A stretch of 55,970 bases of DNA, the filler included, from Sphacelaria rigidula (taxonomy: Eukaryota): the NCBI GenBank assembly GCA_964200075.2. It is 6 parts of 6 records of this genome, joined end to end, with 100 filler letters (N's around TTAATTAATTAA, not from the genome) between each part and the next. Parts side by side here need not be neighbours in the genome. Positions count along the whole stretch, not along the records: positions 46,727 to 55,970 come from CAXNAA020008944.1; 5 more parts are not named here. The stretch is one strand, 5' to 3'. The translations under genes and the position numbers were made by a program. Positions 47,282 to 55,970 of the stretch are shown here, one piece after another; the stretch's first letter is position 1; every line of letters begins with the position of its first letter. Below the pieces are notes generated by a model. The model was not told where the DNA came from, searched no databases, and worked only from the letters and a program-made list of their open reading frames with translations.

Positions 47282-47415
47282 TCCGATCTTCCTGACCATC
47301 GCACTTACCCACGGTAGGATCCAATGGTTGATCTTCACTTGCTACATCTCCTAAGTTATCGTTTTTTTTTCTTGCTGTGTTGTATGGCCTCTCGATCACT
47401 CAAAACACCGCGCAG

Positions 47416-50400
47416 GAATGGGCCGTCATGTACCCCTCCCATGTGGCGTGCTTCGCTCCCATCTCCAAGAAGCCTGCCTGGGCCCTTCCGCTCAAGGCGC
47501 TGCACAAGGTATGGTTAGCGGTGTCTGTCTAGCAAGTGCTACAAATCGTAAATGGACCCTTCTTTTTTTTTCGCACTTGTTCAAACCCTCCCTCATCCTC
47601 AAGACGAGTCCATGGTCTCAAGGGATGAACCCATAACCCCCCCCCCCAGTACGACGCGCCTTGCAATTTGGTACAGTATATCGCGGATTGGATGAGCGCT
47701 TCATCACTGGTTCGACTATCTTTTCTAAGAAGCTTTGGTTTGCTGTGCACTTCCTCGCGTTTTTGACCTCGCCAATCAAATTCTTCTTTGTGTTTTGCTT
47801 TTGTAGTCATTTTCCACAATTCTTCATTTATTTCAATATTTTCCATTCCATTATTGTCCATTATATAACTGATACTCTCTACGATAGCCCCTCCCCCCCC
47901 CAAAAAAATACAACAACAACCCAAAACTGCCACGAAAAAAATGGTCATGCAGCGCCTGATGTTTGGTTTTAGGCTGCATGGCGTGCCTCATGTGGGCGAC
48001 ATAGGCGAAATCGAACCCAAGCGTTCGAATTCCCAGCTGCTCGTTGTGTCCGGCTTTTTTTTCATTTTGATTTCCGTGTAGATTTCGCCTCCCCCAACTA
48101 GCCACTTTTTGTGGGGAAGCTATCGTAGAAAATATCTGACTGTTGTTTGTTTTGCGCGACTACTGTGCGTTCGTATTTGATTGTCGCATGTGTGATGTGA
48201 TTGACATATGCACCAGGCATCGTCGGTGCCGGATGAGCGATGCCCATTCCCAGGCCTGAGGTGCCTTCGGCTCGAGACGATAGGTCGTGTGCACTACCTG
48301 TGCTTCGCCAGCAGGGGCACCAGGTGAGTCCTTACTGCACGGACCCCTGCTTCTACAATCCCAGGCATATTTCTTCACTCACCGATTCCGACGTCTTTGC
48401 TTGCAGAGTGCTGATTCCGATTGCTACCGCTCATGAATTCACGGTTATTTACAGTTGGCATAAACCCTTAGATTGCGAGTCCCCTTCAGATCGACTCATA
48501 CGGACTATGCCACGATTTGAGGTTCAGAACAGCTGTTTTCTCGCTGCAAAAGATGCCTTTTGTCATGAATAAGTGAATGTTGGGCATCTATGTACTGTAG
48601 AAAATACTCCGGGAGAACCACCCCTGACCGGATCTGATCTTGCGGTCAAGTGCGTGGAGAGTCAGTATGTATGCTGTATGTCTTCGCTGAATACATCGGC
48701 AAGAGACGGTCGGCGTGGCATCGCTCTCTACTAAACATAGTCTAGTATTATGCTGCATGCTGCTGATGTGTTTGCGTAGTGTTCCACAACGCTACAGAAA
48801 GTGTGAGGCAATGCTGGCAACGCAAGAGGGAAAAGGGAGGCGGCAAAGACCACGAGCAGGGTAAGAAGCACGTTGTTCGTGCTCATGTCTTCTATGGTTG
48901 AATGGCCATGACCAGAGTGGGAAATACAGCTAGACTGCGAGGTGGTCCCTCTGTAGTTCATCCGGGGTGTGGCATACTGAACATCTCATGAGCTAGCTCA
49001 TCTGCGGGCGGTAGCTCACTTGTAGTCAAACATGTACATGTGAGCTACGTCCGATAGCTCAACACAAGGTAAACGTGCGCTGATGAGCTACGGGTGGGTA
49101 GCTCATCCAGGGCAAACATGCGTAGCTCATGAAGCTCTCATAGCTCACCCGGGACGACTCTGAGCTGATGAGCTACGGGTTGGTAGCTCACCTGTCGTAA
49201 ACGTGCATAGCTCATACAGCTCCAGTAGCTCACCCAGGACGAATCTGAGCTGATGAGCTACGGGTTGGTAGCTCATCCAGGGCAAACATGTGCAGCTCAT
49301 GTAGCTCTCATAGCTCACCCAGGGAAAACATGTGCGGATGAGCTACGCTCGATAGATCACTGAAGGCAAACATGTGTAGCTCACGCAGCTCTTGTAGCTC
49401 ACCCGGGGAAAACATGAGCAGATGAGCTACGCCCGGTAGCTCACCCCAGGGACACATGGTCGTGGCTCACTCACGTCAAATGTCTAGCTCGCTGCTGGCC
49501 AACCCCGTGTCGCTCATGATGTAACATTCTTGTTCGAACGGATGGCGCCACGTATAATTAGGTTGTGACGTTTTGCCTCACTCTTCGCGATAGGAAGAAA
49601 AGAAGCCAACACATACCCTCGTTCGCTTGGTCGGATGGTTGGAAAAAAAAAAATCAGTGTCTACAACGATCGACCGATTCATTTCTTTTGACAGGTTGGC
49701 CGCAAGGGTACGAGTCCATCCGGTCATGCATACGTTTTTCAAGTGAAATTGGAGCCGATTCAACATATGGCTTATGCTTGCCGTCAAGGGGTTAGCCCTT
49801 TGGCCGCGAGGGTTAGCGATCTGGTAAATCAGCATATTTCACTTTATTTTTCGGGTATGAATGATGCCATTTCAGATACTTCCTGCCCTCTCGGTCAAAG
49901 GGACGAGCAATCGTAGCTCTCATAGCTCACCCAGGGTAAACATGTGTAGCTCATGCATCTCTCATAGCTCACCCAGGGCAAACATGTGTAGCTCATGCAT
50001 CTTTCATAGCTCATTTGGGGCAAACATGCGTAGCTCATGCAGCTCTCATAGCCCACCCAGGGCTAACATGGGCTGATGAGCTACGGGTTGGTAGCTCATC
50101 CAGGGCAAACATGCGTAGCTCATGTAGCTCCCATAGCACACCCAGGACGAATATGAGCTGATGAGCTACGGGTTGGTAGCTCATCCAGGGCGAACATGCG
50201 TAGCTCATATAGCTCTCATAGCTCACCAAGGAAAAACATGCGTAGCTCATGTAGATCTCATAGCTCACTAGGGAGTTACGCTCAAAAAGAGCTAGCTCGA
50301 GCTATAGGGAGCTGATCTGTCCGACGTGTGGAACATTCTGGCCAATCACAGCTCTCAAAATGGTTACCCCGCTCCTCTCGGGCCTGGGTTCCTGGCTTAT

Positions 50401-53400
50401 GATTTTCCGTGGGGAACTTCCAAACACACATGGTTGACATCGTGAGCTTTTCGGCTGTTCAGCGAACAGAACCCCATCCCCTGTCAGAACCCCCCCCCCC
50501 GCCCCATGGAAACCCCCGTGTGTCCCTGGACTGTTAGCGGGTGAAGCTGTTGCGAGGCGACGCCGCAGTCCGGAGGGTAATCACCCTACAGCCAACTGCT
50601 TTTCCTTTATGCTTTTTTTCTGCGAGGGTTCGGAATAATTATATCCGGTAGAGAGAAAACGCCTCCATAGAACACACCGTGGCCGCACTCATGCCGCGCA
50701 TTACGGTATTACATTATACAGTTGTTTGTGCATACCTCGGGGCCTATGGCATTACCGTCTTATCTTTTCATACAACACAGTGCAGTAGCCGCGACCGCGC
50801 CAAGATTTATCAATGGTCAACACACACCACCGGCTGTTTGTTGCTCAGCGGCTGAAGGGCGTGGCGTTTTTGGTGGGGGGAGGGGGGTGGTGTACTACGT
50901 GCTGCGAGCGGCGCATGCGGTTATGGTTGAGTGATCCTTTGATTGTGGGTCGGGGTAGGGTTGCTCAACCCCCCTCCAGACACACACACAACAGCTGAAC
51001 TGGAGTGGGGCGAACACACGCTGACACACACACACACACACGCACACAAGCAACATGCATGGGACCGCAGCGGTGAGCTTGCCCTCCTAGAAAACTCTGC
51101 TGCCGTTAGCGGCTGCTTGCTACTGAGACTCCGGCAAGCATAGTCTATAAGAGACGTCAATACTATGTTTCGACTATGTTGGGCTGTAATCCTGTTTGCC
51201 ACAATCATGACGCGATTTTTATTTCTTTTATCAAGCGCCCGGACGACCAACTGGCGACCATCTACGCATGTACTAGTGCCATCCGCTGACAATCGGCGGG
51301 GCTGTCAGATCAGTCCGCTTGTCGCGGGCGCTAAATGGGAATCCTTTCAACGGTCGGATAAATCATTGATGGTTCGAATAACCAAATCTACGCTTCCTGA
51401 AGCCTGAGTGCTCGAAAGCGAGAAATGAAGTTGACCGCGGGTAAACAAGGCCTCTGCGTGAATTCTGCGCTATTCCACGTGCCTGGGGTTCGCGTATCCC
51501 GGGGTGCAACGCTGAAAACAAAGCATATGGATTGATCCGTCCGGTACGAATCAATTTCAATGTAAGCAAGTAATTTCTAAGACGGATCAGTATTCGTCTA
51601 ACCCTTGGAAGGGTTGACCTCGACTTTGCTGCAAACCGTGTGCATGTGTGAATATTTCAGGGACAATTGGCTCCAGGAGCTTCTTCGATTGTCCAAGGGG
51701 GGTGGTGTTGAGCCTCCTTCAGGTAAGCACGATCCGGAACACGGTTGTTTTGATGAGGTCAGATGGAAGATTGGTCGTTCAGAGTCAGACGGATCGGTCA
51801 GATCTTATCAGATTGCAGCACAAGGCGCATATCGCCGTCACCGGCAGGCGGGTGCATGTTTTTCTCAAGTTGGGCTCGTGGCATAGGAGTCTTTCTCCCC
51901 TGGTAGAGAAGGCTTATGGGCAGCAGAGTGTCGTCAAGGTTGTATGTGAGCCTGTTGGGACCTATCCCGTTTCAACCCTGGATTGATTGATTCATTCATT
52001 CATTCATTCATTCATTCATTCATTCATTCATTCATTCATTGTCGCACTCCAACTGATCCCCCAGGAGTCATGATCCAGCCGTGGTCATTATCCACAATGT
52101 TTGTTTATCGATTGATCGACTGTCATGCACTAACCGATCCTCGAGGGGCTCATTTGTGGTCATCATCCACAAGATGGACCTACCCAAGGTGAGCAAAACG
52201 GGAAAAAAACGCTTGTACGGAGGCGTTTTATGTAATTGCATCAGCATACTAGGAAAAAGAAGAACTTGTTTTTTTTTCCCGCAGTGATGCTGACGACGGG
52301 GGAACATTGGACCACCTTGCGACTGTTGTTACCCTTCATCATGTATACATGCACGTTTACGCGGACCCGCTTCGCCGGAGCCCCTTTTGGCCGTATGCTT
52401 TTGTGTCATGTGTGTGTGTGTTTTTTTTTTATTATTATTTTTCTTGTGATAAAATGGCCGATACGCGCTAGCGACCGACTGTGGAGCAGGCTCCACCCAA
52501 GTGGAAAAAAACGGGTTACTCAGGGAGTGACGACCTTGGGCCAGCAAAATCGATGAATCAGAGCCTTACGCAACTCCTGGGCGAGACGATACTTATCATG
52601 CCCTTGACACCATGTTCACCATTGTTTCCGGTTTTGTACAAGATTTGTACGCCGCTGAATAGCGGTATCCTGCCACTTATCCCTGGCGAATTTATTCGAT
52701 TGATTTATTATCGCACTTTTACTGACCCCCCAGTATTCCACCCGTGGTCACATGATAGGTGAAACGAATTCATTTTCTAGTGTTTGGGTTGGTTGGATGT
52801 TGAAAGCCGTTCAAAAGTATGCTCGTCTTCAAGATCGGGAAATTGTTAGTCAGGTGTAATGAATGCTCTTGAACAGAGACAATGTCGTGTTTTTTTGGGC
52901 GGGGGAAAAGTACGGAGCTTCCATGAGATCTGTTAAAAGTATTGAATACATGAAAAAAAAATTCCCTGCGTTTCTTGTTTTGATGTCAAATTTATTTTTT
53001 CTCGTAATAACATGTCCAGCGCTTGAGCTAGGACAGGACCCGCGCGAGATATACGTGCTGAAAACGACTCAATGGCGGCAGCCTGTGCGATTGGTGCTCA
53101 ACGCCCGTAGGCCGGTTTTCGATCTTCCGGAAGGCGGCTATTCGCGCCAAGGCAAGAGGGTAAATGACAACAACACCACCGACGCGGGGGTCCCGACAGG
53201 TATTCATGGATGATGGCATTACTATTGACCTCACAGTGCTACGCAATCTGCCACCGCGCCCCGGCGGTCTAAATTAAAATGGTACAGCTGCCACTGTTAG
53301 GGTGGGAAGGGCGCGGGTTCGGTTCCTGCCGGATTTGTTTGGGGTGCTTTCTTCAAAGTATTTGATGCCCATCGCTGAATGCCTGACGACGTGAGTTTGT

Positions 53401-55190
53401 TTGGCGAGAGTCCGACGCGGTGCGGGAGTGTTTGGTCATAACCCAATCCGTGGTACCAAAATGTAAGGAAGGCGTGTACCGGGGGAGAGATGGGCTGATT
53501 TGACCCCTTGAGACCACGGACTCGTCCCGAGGACGGGGAGGGGTTAAAAGTGCGATAATGATGAATGAAAAAACACTCATTTTCCCGCGCTACCTGGCCG
53601 CATGCCTGGGCATGTGTTTCAAATGTTCGTGACTGTACGTTGTCAAGTCTGTTGTTGTTTCATGCTTGCAGTTGTGCGTGTTTGGCCCTTAGTCTGAGTA
53701 GAAGTACATACTAAGGTGAACTTACCGGAGGCCAAGCTCTGCAACATGTCGTTGTTTTCGATGGTCTACGCACGTACGTCACAAATGTTTGCAACAAAAA
53801 TGACGGCCGTATGGTGAATTCCGTGGCAAACACGTGCACGGACGACGTTTCTCGTGAGGAACCGACCGAACAGAGCAGCTGCGAGAGAGCTTGACCTTGC
53901 CGAGCCTGCCGCTACTGTACAAAAGCACAGGCCGGCCTGGAACGACATGGGACAGCGGCGACGTTGTAGCTTCTGTTCTGTGTTGTTGTGACCATCGAGT
54001 ACGAGCATCTACTCACCAACTCATTTTCGACAAGTAAATCAGTACTTTGCGTCGTTTTGTTTGTGGGGGGGGGGGGGGGGGGGGGGGGCGGGGGAGGGGG
54101 TCTACCATCTAATGGCCACGACTGGGTTCGCAGCGAACCAGTTAATGTTTATGTACGACAATCAGTGAATCGATGATAGTAAGCAGTCAATCAGCCATTC
54201 AATACAGCCGCTCTCTCCATTCGCGGATACTGCCCATCGCGACGTAGCACATTCCGATCTTTCAATTCCCTTTTTCCACTCGTCGAAATGAGATTTAACC
54301 CGTAGACACCGAGCGTCGCCTCGGAACAGTTTTTACAGGCTGACAGTCCAGGGACATCCGGGGGTTTTCAGGGGGTGGGGGCCTGTGCGCAGAACAGTCG
54401 AAACGCTCACCAACTCAACCATGTGTGTTTTGAAGTTTCCCACGGAAAGTTAGTGACCAGGAACAAGGCTCGAGAGGGGCGAAGTCATCATTCTGGCCAA
54501 TCACCGCTATCAAAATGGTAACTTTGTTCCCCTACAGGTGGACTGTAGGTGGACTATGTCGCTGTCTAGTCGTATTTCTCATTTTGGTCACGACGTTTCG
54601 GTAATAGATTGCGTGGGCACAAATAACTTGTTTTTACTCTGCTCGTGGGCTATGCCGCCTACCTGATATTTCATGTGTTGCCAGCATACTTTGGCACTGT
54701 CGGTAGTGCTGTTGTGGACCACTAAGCAGAGACATCAGCAGCAGCACGCAGTAGACTGTGTTCAGTGGAGAGCGATGACATACTAACTGTCCCTGCCGTT
54801 GTATTCAGGCAAGACATACAGCACACATACTGACTCTGCGTGCAATGGACCGTATGGTCAAAACCGGTCAGGCGTTATCCGGGACAGTTTTCTAGATAGA
54901 TGCCCAATATCCACATGATTGTGTAAAAAGGCGTTTTGTGTAGCGAGAAACGTGATTTCTCGAGCCCAAAATGTGGCTTTGTCTATCGCAGTTCACCTAC
55001 GGGGGGGTCGCGGTCTGAGGTTTAACAATGTGGTCGGCGACTGGTTGTTGCATGTGACCGACCGGTTGTTAATTTCGCAGACTCAAAACAGCAACGGCAG
55101 CGGCAACAGCAGCAGCAGCCATGGCAACTGTCCGCCGAGGTGCTTCGATCAGCCTACAAGCTCGGCGAAGATCCAGGACACAAGAGCCTG
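47416..55190 (+). CDS. Five internal exons (47416-47508, 48217-48323, 51661-51722, 53020-53199, 55081-55190) of a PH-domain protein, possibly of the stramenopile PH+DUF547 type
   Basis: All GT-AG and phase-compatible; spliced product EWAVMYPSHVACFAPISKKPAWALPLKALHKASSVPDERCPFPGLRCLRLETIGRVHYLCFASRGTRDNWLQELLRL...DPREIYVLKTTQWRQPVRLVLNARR...PWQLSAEVLRSAYKL; PH C-terminal W helix present. Confidence 0.82.
47871..48136. mobile_element. MITE distantly related to the GACT family
   Basis: TIR gata.t.tctacgatagc / gctatcgtagaaaatatc; shares ctcatgtgggcga and cactttttgtgg with 32522-32770. Confidence 0.6.
48985..50330. mobile_element. Expanded CACACG-family element made of TAGCTCA/TGAGCTA repeats
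   Basis: Dozens of tagctca motifs in ~35-45-bp units in two blocks; ends ctgtccgacgtgtg like 23666. Confidence 0.7.
50334..50545 (+). repeat. Interspersed repeat; inverted copy at 54335-54522
   Basis: aaacacacatggttga...tgtccctggactgt vs acagtccagggaca...tcaaccatgtgtgttt. Confidence 0.7.
51981..52175 (-). mobile_element. Two head-to-tail retroposon 3' ends with expanded (AATG/AATC)n tail
   Basis: (ttca)x~12 tail abutting gtcgcactccaactgatcccccagg; second degenerate copy 52105-52175. Confidence 0.6.
52697..52757 (-). mobile_element. Retroposon 3' end (same family)
   Basis: gattgatttattatcgcactttt actgaccccccag...ccgtggtcacatgatag. Confidence 0.5.
54335..54522 (-). repeat. Inverted copy of the 50334-50545 repeat
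   Basis: See 50334-50545. Confidence 0.7.
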
Positions 55191-55477
55191 GTGTGTATGT
55201 GACGATGCGTGCTGACATACTACTTTTTACGTTTACGTCCATTGGTCAGCAGACCCCCAGCAACACCAGTCAAGGATTAGAACACACTTGACCTTGAGAT
55301 GAAGGAGCAGCCAAGCCTTCATACACTACAAAGGCCCGTCTCTTCTTTTTTTTTCATGCCGTTAGGTGGGTGATGTTGTTCCGAAATGAGGTTTAGCGAT
55401 CCAAGGTAGTGAGAGATATTCTTGTGCTAGTCGCTACAGTGGTGGTCCTAGCATGGTGCGGTGGGTCGCCAGCCCGG

Positions 55478-55582
55478 TTATTGTTATCGTTGTTACGTAT
55501 TATTATTATTAGCATCAATCTTATTATCATCATTATCATTACCATTCTTCTTCTTCTTCTTCTTCTTCTTATCATCATTATC
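55478..55582 (+). repeat. Compound trinucleotide microsatellite (ATT/ATC/CTT)
   Basis: tattattattagc...atcatcatt...cttcttcttcttctt. Confidence 0.85.
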
Positions 55583-55970
55583 CAATGTATTATTAGCCTA
55601 AGTGATCCGCCGCTTGATACTGGAATCAAGTAAGCGTGTGATCCTTCTCGGAACAGTAACTTACATCAAACACGCGGACTGAAGAGGAGAAAACAGTCAC
55701 CCTTCTCCATCAACCAGCAAACGCAGGTCGAAAGATATTCCTTGGTACACGGTCAAGTTGAACCAGTACCCATTGAATTTGAAAACCCAATATTCTGTAT
55801 ACTACCAACCCGACACATCGCACCCGTGCATAGTAATCCAGTGTTTTACTGAGAAAGGAGAGCCCAAGCGTTGTCCCACGTGACCGGCAGACAGTTTCAT
55901 CAAATTTATTGATTAAGAGCAGCCCTATAGAGTAGAGTTATGTACAGTGCATTAGCTCCTTCACTTGATC

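Noticed and set aside
48731..48961. Signal-peptide-like minus-strand ORF
   Set aside because: Short, antisense within an intron of the PH gene, and with no supporting downstream exon.
49080..50200. CTGATGAG-stem motifs resembling hammerhead ribozymes
   Set aside because: The stem is followed by TCATCC/TCACC rather than the required GAAA; these are simple palindromes.
55393..55633. Membrane-protein-like Ile/Leu-rich ORF
   Set aside because: Translation of a compound trinucleotide microsatellite.

Overview
Eukaryotic, transposon-rich DNA. The exon/intron style, a stramenopile-type plastid targeting signal and the adhesin-like repeats suggest a brown alga or other ochrophyte (inference). The window is not one locus: it is six contigs of 9246, 9246, 9245, 9245, 9244 and 9244 bp, apparently sorted by size and joined by identical 100-bp N-TTAATTAATTAA-N linkers, so adjacency across gaps is probably meaningless. 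Contig 1 (1-9246): decayed exons, a PIF/Harbinger MITE with TAA target duplication, and the 5' part (LTR, PBS, long gag-like ORF) of a Ty3/Gypsy element. Contig 2 (9347-18592): a degenerate Ty3/Gypsy internal region on the minus strand (very long gag extension, gag, PR, RT, RNase H, IN) from the same lineage. Contig 3: SINE, IS630/Tc1-type transposase fragment, a ~190-bp tandem array, several MITEs and two divergent host gene starts (one PTEN/tensin-like). Contig 4: a CEP295/Ana1-like gene start, a putative plastid-targeted gene start, an intron-containing Harbinger transposase pseudogene and a piggyBac-like element carrying unknown coding sequence. Contig 5: tRNA-derived SINE, MITEs, adhesin-like exons and a second copy of the piggyBac-like cargo element. 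Contig 6: five phase-compatible exons of a PH-domain protein, with repeat-filled introns. The best novelty candidates are the piggyBac-like element with conserved unidentified cargo, the conserved pre-capsid extension of the Gypsy lineage, and a GACT-ended MITE family with 4-bp TSDs. No CRISPR array, ribozyme or RNA-guided nuclease was seen.
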